Assembly (NCBI GenBank): GCA_963749495.1
Contig: CAVVMW010000022.1
Span: 352,001 to 416,000, forward strand
Direction of reading: 5' to 3'
From: an uncultured bacterium
GTDB taxonomy: Bacteria; Verrucomicrobiota; Verrucomicrobiia; Limisphaerales; UBA8199
DNA length: 64,000 nt
Below are positions 1-11,100 of this stretch, piece after piece. Every line of letters begins with the position of its first letter. Position 1 is the first letter of the stretch. The translations under genes were made by a program, and so were the position numbers. A model generated the notes under the pieces. That model ran no database searches. It was not told the origin of the DNA and saw only the letters and a list, made by a program, of their open reading frames with translations.

Positions 1-2
1 TC

Positions 3-1715
3 AACCGGTCCCGCAACCCGGACATCAAGCTCGCCCTGGTGCTCGGCCTCAACGACACGGTCTTCCCCGCGCCACCCGAGGCGAACCTCCTGCTGACCGA
101 AGCCGACCGGCTGGAGTTGGAAAAGCGCAGCATCGTCCTGGGCTCGACCGCCCGCCAGCAACTGGGCCGGGAGCGTTACTATGCCTATATCGCCTGCACC
201 CGCGCCCGGCAACGCGTCGTCCTGACCGCCGCGTTGCACGACGATAACGGCGCGCCGCTCAACGCCTCTCCATTCTTGTCGCAGGTCCGCCGGCTCTTTC
301 CCTCGCTGCCCCTGGAGGTGGTCCCCTCGGAGCCGGACTGGCGTTCCAGCGAGCACCCCAGCGAACTGGTCGTGCCCCTGCTCAGAGCCAGGGCCTCGTC
401 GGGCGGGCCTCCAGCCGGCGCAAGTCCCTCCCTCGGCCCTCGGCCCTCGTCCCTCGTCCCTCGTCCCTCGTCCCTCGCCCCTTGGCCCATCACGGCCCTG
501 GCGGACCTGCCCGCCCTGGCGTCGGTGATGGAGCAGTTGCGCCATTTTCAGGGCCCTCGATTTGCCGAGCGGCTTGCGCCCGACCTGGCCGCGCGGCTCT
601 ATGGGCGCATCCTGCACACCTCGGTCAGCCGCATGGAGCAATTCGCCGCCTGCCCGTTCAAGTTCTTTGTCCACTCCGGGCTGCGGGCGGAGGAACGGAA
701 GCGGTTCGAACTGGATGTCAAAGAGCAAGGCACCTTCCAGCACGATGTCCTGGCCCTGTTCCACCAGGAATTGCGCCGCCAGGGCAAGCGCTGGCGCGAC
801 ATCACGCCCGCCGAGGCGCGCGAGCGCGTCGCGTGCATCGCCAACAGCCTTATCGCCAGCTATCGGGACGGCCTGCTCCAGGCCAGCGAACAGAGCCGGT
901 TCATGGCCCGCATCCTGACCGAATCGCTCCAGGACTTTGCCGAGACGCTGGTCGGCTGGATGCGCCAGCAGTATCAATTCGACCCGGTTGAGGTGGAATT
1001 GCCCTTCGGCGAGGACGAGGCCTCGCCCGCGTGGACGATCGACCTGGACAAGGGCCGGCGCCTGGCGCTCTATGGCCGCATCGACCGGGTCGATCTCTTC
1101 CGCAACCCGCAGGACGGCACCGCCTTCTGTGTAGTGGTGGACTACAAGTCGGGCCAAAAGCAGCTTGACCCGCTCCTGCTGGCCCATGGTCTCCAGTTGC
1201 AACTGCTGGCTTACTTGAACGTCCTCCGTCACTGGCCCAACCCTCAAAAACACTTCGGCGTCCAGCGCCTCATCCCCGCCGGCGTCTTCTACGTGAGCCT
1301 CCGCGGCAAATATGAGCACGAGGACAATCGCAGCGATGCCCTGGCCGACGCCGAAGCCGCCCGCAAGCTCGCCTATCGCCATACTGGCCGCTTCGACAGC
1401 CGCGTCCTGCCGCGGCTCGATGCCCGGCCCGATGTCCGCGAAGGGGATCAATTCAACTACCGCCTCACTGCCCAGGGCGCCGTCGACAAGCGCTGCCGAG
1501 ACGCCATGGAGACCCCCCAATTCGAGGCCCTGCTCAGGGCCGCCGAGGAAAACCTCCGGCAGATGGGCCTGCAAGTCTATGGCGGCCTGGCCGAAGTCGC
1601 CCCCTACCGCAAAGGCCCCGCCACCGCCTGCGACCAATGCGACTACCGCTCCATCTGCCGCATTGACCCCTGGACCCATCCCTTCCGTGTCCTGCGCAGC
1701 CCCCAAGCCGCTTAG
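3..1715 (+). CDS. addB: ATP-dependent helicase/nuclease subunit B (AddB/RexB), 5'-truncated by the window edge
   Basis: The frame is open from the window start. It has SVSRMEQFAACPFKFF, a PD-(D/E)xK nuclease motif (GRIDRVD...VVDYKSG, QLLAY) and the C-terminal Fe-S cysteines CDQCDYRSIC. Confidence 0.88.
   Translation, partial: NRSRNPDIKLALVLGLNDTVFPAPPEANLLLTEADRLELEKRSIVLGSTARQQLGRERYYAYIACTRARQRVVLTAALHDDNGAPLNASPFLSQVRRLFPSLPLEVVPSEPDWRSSEHPSELVVPLLRARASSGGPPAGASPSLGPRPSSLVPRPSSLAPWPITALADLPALASVMEQLRHFQGPRFAERLAPDLAARLYGRILHTSVSRMEQFAACPFKFFVHSGLRAEERKRFELDVKEQGTFQHDVLALFHQELRRQGKRWRDITPAEARERVACIANSLIASYRDGLLQASEQSRFMARILTESLQDFAETLVGWMRQQYQFDPVEVELPFGEDEASPAWTIDLDKGRRLALYGRIDRVDLFRNPQDGTAFCVVVDYKSGQKQLDPLLLAHGLQLQLLAYLNVLRHWPNPQKHFGVQRLIPAGVFYVSLRGKYEHEDNRSDALADAEAARKLAYRHTGRFDSRVLPRLDARPDVREGDQFNYRLTAQGAVDKRCRDAMETPQFEALLRAAEENLRQMGLQVYGGLAEVAPYRKGPATACDQCDYRSICRIDPWTHPFRVLRSPQAA
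430..483 (+). repeat. Heptamer tandem repeat (CCCTCGT/CCCTCGG) inside addB, in frame
   Basis: Seen directly; it encodes LGPRPSSLVPRPSSLAP. Confidence 0.9.
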
Positions 1716-1752
1716 AGCGGCTGGCGAAATTAACCTGGCAACTCCGATCCCA

Positions 1753-1824
1753 GACCTTTGTCGCAACCTTTGTCCAGGCATGGCCAACTCGACAAAGGTT
1801 GCGACAAAGGCTGCGACAAAGGTC
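1753..1824. repeat. Palindromic element made of 12-bp units (ACCTTTGTCGCA / TGCGACAAAGGT)
   Basis: Inverted arrays of 12-mers; a related copy lies at 55380-55464. Confidence 0.9.
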
Positions 1825-1939
1825 CGGCCTCGAGGACTTCGGATTTGCAGTCCAGGGTATTCCCTTGGAGTCAACACCCCATTGCGCCCCTTCTGGCCCG
1901 GGCGATGTTCTTTGCGAGGTTTGGTTTAGTTGTGGTTAG

Positions 1940-1988
1940 GAAAGGCGGACCGATTTATTTATCGGGCCGCCTTTCTGTTTTCTTTTTT
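1940..1988 (+). terminator. Rho-independent terminator-like hairpin
   Basis: GAAAGGCGGACCGAT-loop-ATCGGGCCGCCTTTC followed by a T-rich tract. Confidence 0.7.
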
Positions 1989-2060
1989 CTCACCGAGCGC
2001 TTGAGCTTTTGGACGCGATAGCGCAGAATCGGCCTGCCGACGAACGAATGGGAAACTGGC

Positions 2061-2498
2061 ATGGGCCGATCTTATTGGTTTGAATGTTCCAAATGCGGGT
2101 ACCGCGTGAAAGTGTCCGGCCGGGAAGATCGCGGCCTGAATGTCTTTGTCCAGACCGTCCAATGCCGCGAGTGCAAGGAACTCTATGATGCCGTCATCCG
2201 GCTCAGAATCCCGGATGAGGTCCGCGAGCCGGTCCGGCCGGGCTTTCGCTTCTCCAGGTGGGCCCCACCAAGACCCCAAAGGCGGCCCTGGAACCTGAAC
2301 GGCCGCCCGCCCACCTTGCAGACAGTCCTGGGCAGGCTGCCCTATTTCGGGTCCAGGCGCTTCAAGTGGCTCTGCTTCAGAATCCAGTGCCCCGTCTCTC
2401 CGCTCCACTCGGTCGCGGCCTGGAGCGACCCCGGCCCTTGCCCCAAGTGCGGTATCTTCCTCGACAAAAGCGCCGTGCCCTATCGGATCTGGGATTAG
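2061..2498 (+). CDS. Hypothetical Cys-rich (zinc-ribbon-like) protein
   Basis: 145-aa ATG ORF with CSKC, CREC, CPVS..H and CPKC motifs. Confidence 0.7.
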   Translation: MGRSYWFECSKCGYRVKVSGREDRGLNVFVQTVQCRECKELYDAVIRLRIPDEVREPVRPGFRFSRWAPPRPQRRPWNLNGRPPTLQTVLGRLPYFGSRRFKWLCFRIQCPVSPLHSVAAWSDPGPCPKCGIFLDKSAVPYRIWD

Positions 2499-2503
2499 GA
2501 GAA

Positions 2504-2618
2504 AATGACGAATGACGAATGACGAATGACGAAAGAAACGATCTTCGCTTTCTGGCCTGCCGTGGCAGGCTCTCTTGTTCATTCGTCATTCGTCATTCGT
2601 CATTCGTCATTCGTCATT
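2504..2618. repeat. Inverted heptamer arrays (AATGACG)n ... (CATTCGT)n
   Basis: Seen directly. The same family occurs at about 29785, 48370-48400 and 54335-54432. Confidence 0.92.
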
Positions 2619-2629
2619 GAGAAAGAACT

Positions 2630-4187
2630 ATGAACACCGCAAAGAAGAACCAACGCATTAACTGGACAAACCTCATCTGCTTGCTGGGGGCCTCCAGCCT
2701 CTGTTGGGCTCGGGGCGCGGACGTGCCGCGGGCGGAGCACCCCCGCCCGGACGCCTTCCGCCAGAACTGGGCGACCCTCAATGGCCAGTGGCAATTCGAG
2801 ATTGACGAACGGGCGGACGGCGAGGCGCGGGGCCTGGCCTCGGGCAAGGAGCTGGCCTCGAAGATCCTCGTGCCGTTTTGCGCCGAGAGCCCGCTCTCGG
2901 GCGTGGACCACTACGGCTTCATGAAACACACCTGGTATCGCCGCACCTTCGAACTGCCTGCCGCCATGAGCGGCAACCGGGTGCGCCTGCACTTTGGCGG
3001 CGTGGATTACCAGGCCTGGGTCTGGCTCAACGGCCGGCCCGTCGGCTCCCACATCGGCGGCAGCTCCAGTTTCTCTTTCGAGATCACCAAAGACCTCAAG
3101 CCGGGCGTCAACGAACTGGTCGTCCATGTCTTCGACGATACCGCCAGCGGCCGGCAACCCACCGGCAAGCAGACCCACACCGTCAGCGAGGGCTGCGTCT
3201 ATACGCGCACCACCGGCATCTGGCAGCCCGTTTGGCTGGAGGCCGTCGGCTCGGCCTTCGTCGAGAATTTCTCAATCGTGCCCGACCCGGACGGCTCGCG
3301 CGTGCTCATCGCCGCCTCGGTCAACGCCCCCAATCCGCGCCTGCGCCTGGTTGCCCGCGCCTTCGCCGACGGGCGGCAGGTCGGGGCCGATTCCTGCCCC
3401 GTCCAGGGCCGCGACCAGCGCCTGGTCGTCAAGCTCAGCCGCAAGCGGCTCTGGGAGCCGGGCGCCCCGTTCCTCTATGACCTGAGGTTCACGCTCCAGG
3501 ACGGCCAAGCCAAAGTGGACGAGGTGACCAGCTATTTCGGCCTGCGCAAGGTCTCCATCGAGGGCCGCGCCATGCTCCTGAACGGCCAACGCGTCTTCCA
3601 GCGCCTCATCCTGGACCAGGGCTTTTACCCGGACGGCATCTGGACCGCGCCCTCGGACGATGAACTCAGGAAGGACATCGAGCGCTCGATGGCCGCCGGC
3701 TACAACGGCGCCCGCCTGCACCAGAAGGTCTTCGAGCCGCGCTTCCTTTACTGGGCCGACAAGCTCGGCTACCTGGTCTGGGGCGAGTTCCCCAATCAGC
3801 GAGTTCGGCGGCACCTTCTGGGGGGACAAGGCCGGCGGTTGGGGCTACGGCGCCGGACCCCGGAGCATGGACGAGTTCTACAACCGCTACGAAGGGCTGG
3901 TCAATGCCCTGCTCGATAACCCGGACCTCTTCGGGTTTTGCTACACCCAGCTCACCGACGTCGAGCAGGAGCACAACGGCCTCTTTTATTACGATCGCCG
4001 GCCCAAGTTCGATCTCAAGCGCCTGCACGCCATTACCTCGCGCCAGGCCGCTTACGAAAAGACCGGGCCGACCGCCGCCCCGCCTGCCCCCGCGCCCGAG
4101 CCTCATTGAGACCCCAACACCCTGGCCGTCCACACCCGCCAGACCACCGGCGGCCAGTTCATCGCCCCGGCTCTGCTCTGCGAGTGA
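2630..4187 (+). pseudogene. Glycoside hydrolase family 2 gene with two apparent internal deletions
   Basis: Signal peptide plus GH2 motifs (LHFGGVDY, TTGIWQPVWLE, YFGLRK, LDQGFYPDG, ADKLGYLVWGEFPN). The sequence then jumps out of frame at about 3795 straight to ISEFGG...GFCYTQLTDVEQEHNG. After TGA 4107-4109 only the last motif, NTLAVHTRQTTGGQFI, remains. Confidence 0.82.
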
Positions 4188-4200
4188 GTCCCACTGCGAT

Positions 4201-4410
4201 CTAAGCCGGCGTTAGCTCTGTGTCCAACGGTTTCTCTTTGGTGAAGCGGCTTACCCCGAGGATGCTGAAACCGACGATGTTCCCTTGAGCGTCCACACGC
4301 TCCATGACGGCATCGTGTTTCGTTTCCTTCATATACCCAGGGACATCCGCGAAGCGCACCTCGAGATAATCTGCCTCTGCGTCGAACCAAACTTTTATTT
4401 TTTCGGCCAT
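4201..4410 (-). CDS. DUF2283-like small protein (putative antitoxin)
   Basis: 69 aa with the pattern KVWFDAEADYLEVRF...ERVDAQGNIVGFSI; it overlaps the upstream ORF. Confidence 0.78.
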   Translation of the reverse strand: MAEKIKVWFDAEADYLEVRFADVPGYMKETKHDAVMERVDAQGNIVGFSILGVSRFTKEKPLDTELTPA

Positions 4411-4706
4411 AAGTCCTCTCCGGCTTTCGGCTTGTCCGTCAGGTAAGCCGTGACGACAAACGCATCGTTCATGCCATATTTAACCACAACGCAGAGCCAC
4501 CTGCCACCAAGAACCGTCTGCGCGTAGAACTCATAGAACAACCGTACTGCTGCATCGGAAAACGAGCGACGCACCAACCGCGGCTGCCGCAGCACCCGCG
4601 CGATTTCCAACTCCATCCCGGTCATTTCCGGGTGCTCCAAAATGTGGGCGAGCCGTTCACCGGTGAGCCGCACGTCGTTCCCGAAGCAATCCTGCAGGAG
4701 CTTCAC
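4395..4706 (-). CDS. Putative BECR/RelE-fold ribonuclease toxin (103 aa)
   Basis: The GTG start overlaps the MTase stop (GTGA). The sequence VRLTGERLAHILEHPEM...LCVVVKY...AFVVTAY is typical of DUF2283-partnered toxins. It is hidden at the end of the 902-aa ORF in the track. Confidence 0.7.
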   Translation of the reverse strand: MKLLQDCFGNDVRLTGERLAHILEHPEMTGMELEIARVLRQPRLVRRSFSDAAVRLFYEFYAQTVLGGRWLCVVVKYGMNDAFVVTAYLTDKPKAGEDLWPKK

Positions 4707-7700
4707 TTGGCAGCGCCCTCCACGAGCTTGATTTCGTCTTTGGTCAGTCTGTAAATCCGGTAAATCCGGTCGTTGATTTCTGACTCCCAGGCTCCGCAGT
4801 TCTCGCCGCGCGCCGCCAAGCATTTCTCGACCAGCGACTCGATGGCGGATCGCTCCGCTGGGTCTCGCCGCGGGAATGGGGATTTGTTCCATATAGTCGG
4901 AGAAGGCACGCAGGTAGCCGCCGCGCAGCCGACTTGAAATCATACCGTAAAACCACTCAACGGCGGATGAGTTCAACAATCCCGTCATCCATTTTTCATC
5001 GGTCGGTATGAAGTAGCAGGTGTTTGCGGGGTAGTACCCTTCCTCGTCCCAGGCGAAGCTCTGTCTCTCGTAGATGTCTGGATAGGGGATCTTCGGCTTC
5101 TCGAATTCTTGCCAGTACGCGATATTGTCCTGAATCTCAAACCACTGGTAACTGCCTGGCTTTCTGCCGCCTGGGACACCTGGCGTGAGTCGCTTTCTAA
5201 AGTGCTGAAGGTGTTTGTGAATCGCGGGGTATTTTTCAATGTCAATGCCTCGGCGCGTGAAGATCAGCCAGAGGTCGTGGCTTTCGACATGCCAGCGTTT
5301 CACGTCTCTACCGCGCACGAACGGTTTGAGAAGTTCGGCGGAGGATTCGTTTTCCGCTATCAGCTTGTCGCGGGTGGCTCGGCTAACGACAAACGCTTCG
5401 TTCAGGCCCGTCTTGATGCCGTAGTAGAAGCGGCCGTTAACATATTCGGCCAGAGGGGCTCCTGCGCTCCGGAGCTTTTGCATCAACTGTAACGCGGGTA
5501 GGGACTCGAGTTGCCAGCTTTTCCCGCCAAAGCCTTTTTGTGGGAGGGGGCTGGCGGAATTTGCAACCAACTCCGTGAAGCGCGCGAGTTCTTCGAGGTT
5601 TTTGACTTTCAGGGTCCGTAGTTCATGCTCGACTTCGGGTCTCCGGTTGCTGGCTACGATTATGCACGGGTAAGCTGTGGCTTCAAAGATGGGCAGGTCG
5701 CCAAAGTCAATGACGGTTTGAAGTTCGGTGTTTGCTCGGAGGAAGGCGCGGAGTTTCTCGCCGTATGCGGCGCGGAAGAACTTGTTGGAGCTGATGAAGG
5801 ACAGTACGCCGCCCTCGCGCAACAGCTTTACGCCGCGCTCGAAGAAATAGACGTACAGGTCGGCAACGCCTGTGTAACAAGCATAGGCGTTTTCCAGGAG
5901 CGGTTTAAGGTCTTTGATTTTTTCCTGCCGCACGTAAGGAGGGTTCGCGAGCATGAGGTCGAAGCCACCCTGGGTTTGAGTTTCTGTGGTGTCGAGCAAG
6001 TCTTTGCCCGGCGTCGTTTTTGGGGGCCGGTGGAAGACCTCAGCGAAGTCGAGTTGCCAGACGAACGTCGGCTTGGCTTCATCGGCGAAGTAGCCGCTCA
6101 ATCTCTCGAGCGCCCCGTCCTTCTGGGCGGTGGGGATGCCGCGTTTCTTCGCGGCGTCAAGTTGGGCTTTGAAGGCGTTCATCTCGCGGATGGCGTGCTC
6201 CAACTCCTGATGCCGCGCGAAGTCGGCGTCGTTGTCGGATCGGATGAGCGAGCTTTTCAGTTCCAGCTTGCTGCGTTTGAATTCGAGGAGGGCGAGGTCG
6301 GCGGCGGCGTCCAGAATCTCGAACTGGAGTCGGCGCTTCTCGGGCAGGCTGTGCGCGTCGTAGAAGGCGCGTTTGGCGGTGGTGAGCCGGTTGAGAATGG
6401 GCGGTAGAAAACCCTTTTCCTCCAGGTGCGCGCGGGCAAGGTAGAGGGGGTGGCCGCGAACCATGTCAATGAGCGAGTTGGCGCGGCGGATTTTGAAATC
6501 GAGGTTGGGCAGCGGGGTAATTTTTTTGAGGGCGTCGCGGAAGGCTTTGGCGGAGCAACTGTCCAGCGTCGGCCTCCAGGGGGTGATCCACCATGAGGCT
6601 GAGCCAGAGCCGCAGCTTGCAGATTTCGATGGCGCGTTCCTGGATGTCCACGCCATAGAGGCAGCGCTCGATGATGCGGGCTTTGGTTTCGTAAAGCCAA
6701 TCGCTGTCAGCCTCGGCGGGGTCCTTGCCGCGCGAGCGGGTCTCGCATAGGCGGCGGAGATTAAGCAGTTCGTGGAGCAGGCCGACGGGGAACGCGCCCG
6801 AGCCGACGGCGAGGTCGCAAGCGCGGAATTCGTCCAGCCGGTCGAGAATGGCGCGGGCTTCCTCCGGGGTGAGGCAGGCGTCCAGGGCTGCGCGTTCGCC
6901 GGGGTCAATGCCGTCAGAGGCGTCGAGGGCGAGGAGTTTTTCGAGGCGTTGCGGCCAGTCTTTGGGGTTTGAGGCATCAGGGGGGGATTGTTCCAGCCAA
7001 CCGCGCAAGCCTTCGCGGCAGAGGTAGTGAACGATTGGGCGCGGGGTGTAAAAGCTGCCGGTGTCGTGGCGCGACGTTTTTCCCCCGATGTCGGACTGCT
7101 CAAGTTTCAGCACGAGCGATTCAAAGACTTTGCCGAGCATTTCGGGGTCAATGGCAACCTCGACGCTGAGCGGGCTGTCCTCGCGGACGGTGAAATTGTA
7201 CGCCTCCAGCAAATCGGCGAAGACGTGCTGGAGAACGTCGTTGCCGATTTTCAGGGAGTAGCTCCGCCGGGCGGCTTCGCCGCGCTGCTCGGCCCCGTAT
7301 TCGTCCACGAACAGGCCGCCGTTGAGGAACGGCAGGTCGTGGCCGGGGATGTCGGCTTCCCTGCCTTCGGTAGCCAGCTTGGTGAAGAGTGGTTTGAGGA
7401 ATTGTTGGTGGAACCTCGTGGCGTCGGGGCCTCTGTCCGCGTCTTCCTTGAAGTTGCGGAAAAGGTAATCGCGCTGCCGATTGAGCCAGCCTTTCCGCTG
7501 GACGAAGCAAAGGAACAGGAGCCGGTTGAGAAGCGTTTGAGCCTCGCGCTGGGCGAGGGCGTCGTCGGTCTGCGGGTTGCGCTGGCGGATGTCGGCGGTC
7601 ACGCGCTTAAAGACGTTCGTGAAATCGGTGAAAAACTCTTTGTTGAGTTTCTCGACGTTGAAGGCTTCGACCAGGTCCTGGATCTGGGCATCCCTGCCGC

Positions 7701-8178
7701 GCGCGGCCAACTCGGCGAAGCGTTCGGCGGGGGTGCGGCAGGACTCGCCGGGGCCGAGGAGGTAGGTGTAGCGGCGGGGGGCGGTTTCACGGCGCACGAG
7801 GTTCCCTTCGGCGTCGAAGGCGGATTCGCGGGCGGCGAACGTGAAGCGGTAATCGGGGCGAGGGGTGAGGAAGACGGAAAGCATCCCGTGGTATTCAGCC
7901 TGGTCAATGAACCGGGTGACCAGGTTGCGCAGGCCGACCCGGTTACGCGCAAGGTCGGTGTCTTCGCCGACACGCACTTCGAGGATGCCGAGTTGGCGGT
8001 CGCCGTGGAGTTGGACGCGGCCCAGTTGGAGAACCGATTGGGCGCGGTCATCCGCGGTGGCCAGGGGCTGGGGCAAGGAAAAAACCTCCGTTTGAGGCAG
8101 GACACCGCGCAGGGTCTGCAACCAACCGTCGCGTTGGTACGGCCTGGCAAGAAATGATTGGAGTTCCTCTTTGTTCAT
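4703..8178 (-). CDS. Eco57I/type IIG-like N6-adenine DNA methyltransferase with TaqI-C-like specificity domain (frameshifts at about 6568 and 4865)
   Basis: Motifs PFLNGGLF, DPEMLGKVFE, GSFYTPR, DLAVGSGAF, LYGVDI, ANPPYVRQE, DLYVYF and YYGIKTGLNEAF are spread over three consecutive frames. Confidence 0.88.
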
Positions 8179-11100
8179 TTCCTTGGCGGCTGGTCAAAGG
8201 ACTCGGAAAGGATGATGTCCGGCGGGGTGTCGAGGAAGCGGGGATGAACGGCAGTGGCTGGCTGGTTGGCTTGGTCGAGCAAGGGGTAGCCTCGTAAAAT
8301 CTGGATGAGTTTATCGGCGAGCGCAGCGGGGGCGATCTTCACTTCTTTGGTCGAGCGTTGGAGCTGGTTGATCTGGCGCTGGAGTTTCAGGAACCGGGCG
8401 CGGCGGATGGCCTGCCGGGCGGCCTTGATGAGGCGCTTCTCCTCCTCGCTCACAAAGGGAAGGCTCAGAAAGCCATCCAGGTACGAGAGGGCGCGGCGCT
8501 CGTTTGGCCCCTGGGCGGCGTCGGCGACTTCGGCCTGCAAGGCCTGGGCGGTGGACTGTTCCTTGAACCGGGAAAGGGCGGCGTTGACGTGGTCGTGGTG
8601 CGCGGCGTGGAGCGGGATGGCTTTTTCCTTGGGGTCCGGGGCGCGAAACTCGCGGGCGGCTTCGAGCACGGTGATTTCCTCGAGTGCGGAGTGGGCCCTC
8701 ACCCCTAACCCCTCTCCCATCGGATGGGCGAGGGGAACCGGAGTGGCGCGGTAGAAGCCGTCGCGGCGGTGGCTGCGGATGAAGGTGACAGTGCTGCCGG
8801 CGCGGGTGGCATCGGAACGGCCCACACGGGCGCGTAGCGGGAGATTGTGGATGCGGCGGAATTGCTCGGGGTGCTGCTGGCGGAATTTGCGGAGTTCCAT
8901 CAGGAGCGCAAGGCGTTCGTCGCGCTCTTCTTCCTCGGGCGAGCGCTCGAACAGGCCAAAGGTGTCCACTTCCTCGGTTTCGGAATAAATCTGGCTATCC
9001 TCGCCCAGGGCGGTGTGGAAGGCTTGCAGCTTCATGATGGCCTTCTTTTTCAACTCGATGTCGTTGTCCACGCGGGCGGTGGGGTAGAAGTTGTATATGT
9101 ATATGCGGGGCGCGACGCAGCCGATGCGGTTTACGCGGCCAACGCGTTGCATGAGGCGGGTGGAATTCCACGGCGTATCGTAATTCACGATGATGTTGGC
9201 GCGGTGGAGGTTGATGCCTTCGGCGAGGACTTCGGTGGAGAGGAGGATGTCGTAGTCGTTGGCGTGCTCGGCGGAGTTGCCATCGAAGTTTGCCTGCACT
9301 AGGGGCATGCGTTCCTGGCGGTTCGTGGAATCCACGATGAGGACCTTCGTGTAACCGGCCTCGGCCAGGCGCCCGCGGAGGTAGTCGGTGGTGTCTTTGG
9401 CTTCGGAAAAAATGATCAGTTTGTTGCCCTCATGGTTGATCTTGCGGTCGAAAAGCTCGCCTTTGAGGCGGGGCAGAAACTCCGCGAATTTGGGGTCTTC
9501 CTGGACGGCGCCCCAGTCATCACAGAGCGCATTCAGCTTGGCGAGGTCGCTCTCCAGTCCCGGCAGAAACTCGTCTTGGAAATCGTTTGGGGTGCAAACC
9601 TCGATGGTCGGGTCGGTGGCTTGGCGTTGGGCGATTTCGGCGATAAGCTCCTCCTCCCGGCCTTCAACGAGGAATTCGGTCACGTTGAGGCTGGGCGCAA
9701 TGTACACGGTGCCTTTGGCGAACATGTCGGCCATGACGCTGGTGGCCTCGCGGAAGCGGCCGAGGGAGAGCCGGAACGCGTGGAAACTGCTGTCGAGGCG
9801 CTTGACCAGCAGCGTGCGCATGATGAAGGCGAGTTGCTGGGAGATACGGTCGGCGTTCTGGTATTTCCGTTTCTTGGGCGGTTTGAGGAAGCCGATGGCG
9901 CGGTAGCGGTTGTAAGTCAAGCCGTGCGGGTCGGACAGGAGCGCGGCCGTGCGGTCGTACAGGTTTTCGAGCGCGGGCGAGAGCGGATAATATATGGCGC
10001 GGGGCTTTTCGATATGCGGAAAGGTGACACCCTGCTCGTCCAGGTCCTGCTTGTATTGGTCGTGCTCAAGCAGGTCGGTGCGCGTGCGGCGGACGATGAC
10101 CTCGGAAATAACCTTGGTGCGGATGAGTTCGTAGGTTTTCTTGACCAGGCGCCGGGCGGTTTCGATGTCGGGTTCCTTGCGCGCTTGCTGGTACTCCTTT
10201 TCGCGCTGGGCGAAAAAGTGCTGGAGGTTGGCGATGCTCAAGGTGGCGTCCTTGAGGTCCTGGAAGAGGGCGATTTGGTTGCGGATGTCGTCGGGGCGGT
10301 TGTTGAGCGGGGTGGCGCTCACGAGGATGACTTTCTTGGCGGCGTGGCCGCCGCCGGGGAGCTGGCGCTGGGTGGGTGTCTTGCAGATGCGCTGGAGCTC
10401 GTCAAATGCCTCGGCGGTGTCGTTGCGGAATTTGTGGGCTTCGTCAACGATCACCAGGTCGAATCTTTCCGGGTGCCTGACTTTGTGAAGGCTGCCGTTG
10501 GTCTGAATCTTCACGTTGTCGAGGCGGAACTGTTCGACGGTCCATTCCCAATTGTCCCTGACCGCCGGCGGCACGACAATGAGGGTGTGGGAGCGGTGTT
10601 CCGGGAAGCCGTTGTAAAAGAAGAATTTCTTGGCGATCAGGGTGGCGACGATGGTTTTCCCCAGGCCAACCACATCCGCCAGGAAGAAGCCGTTGTGTTT
10701 TTCCAGCAAACGGAAGCCGCTGCTGACGGCGTCCATCTGGTAGGCAAGGCGCTTGAATTGGCCGGGCAGGTCGGTGATGGCGTTCGGATCGTATTCGATG
10801 CTCGGGCCGAAGTACTCGACCAGCAGTTTCCAGAATAGCTCGTGCGGGGTGACGTTGCCGGCCAGATAAGTCGAGTGGCAGACCTGTTGGAGGGACTTCG
10901 GCAGGATTTCGGTGGATTCGTCCCAGAGGCGCTCGAACTCGTCGGCGGCGAACCGGACGTCGGTGTAATCGTGGAGCAGGACATTGAATTCGTAGTTGCG
11001 GACCTCCTCGGTGGTGCCGAGGCCGGCGGCGGTGAGGTTTGACGAGCCGGTTATGACGGCACCGGGTTTGTGCTCGTTGAAGCCCTTCGGACGGAAGATG

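Noticed and set aside
4107..4109. Selenocysteine or readthrough at the GH2 TGA
   Set aside because: It coincides with an apparent deletion junction, the position is not a plausible Cys site, and no SECIS-like support was seen.
4395..7103. 902-aa MTase-toxin fusion ORF
   Set aside because: Artefact of frameshifts: the MTase C-terminus (IYRLTKDEIKLVE) lies in another frame and the toxin has its own coupled GTG start.
9432..10838. Long antisense ORFs (also 41327-43603, 6988-8157 and others)
   Set aside because: Shadow ORFs opposite well-supported genes in high-GC DNA, with no recognisable motifs.
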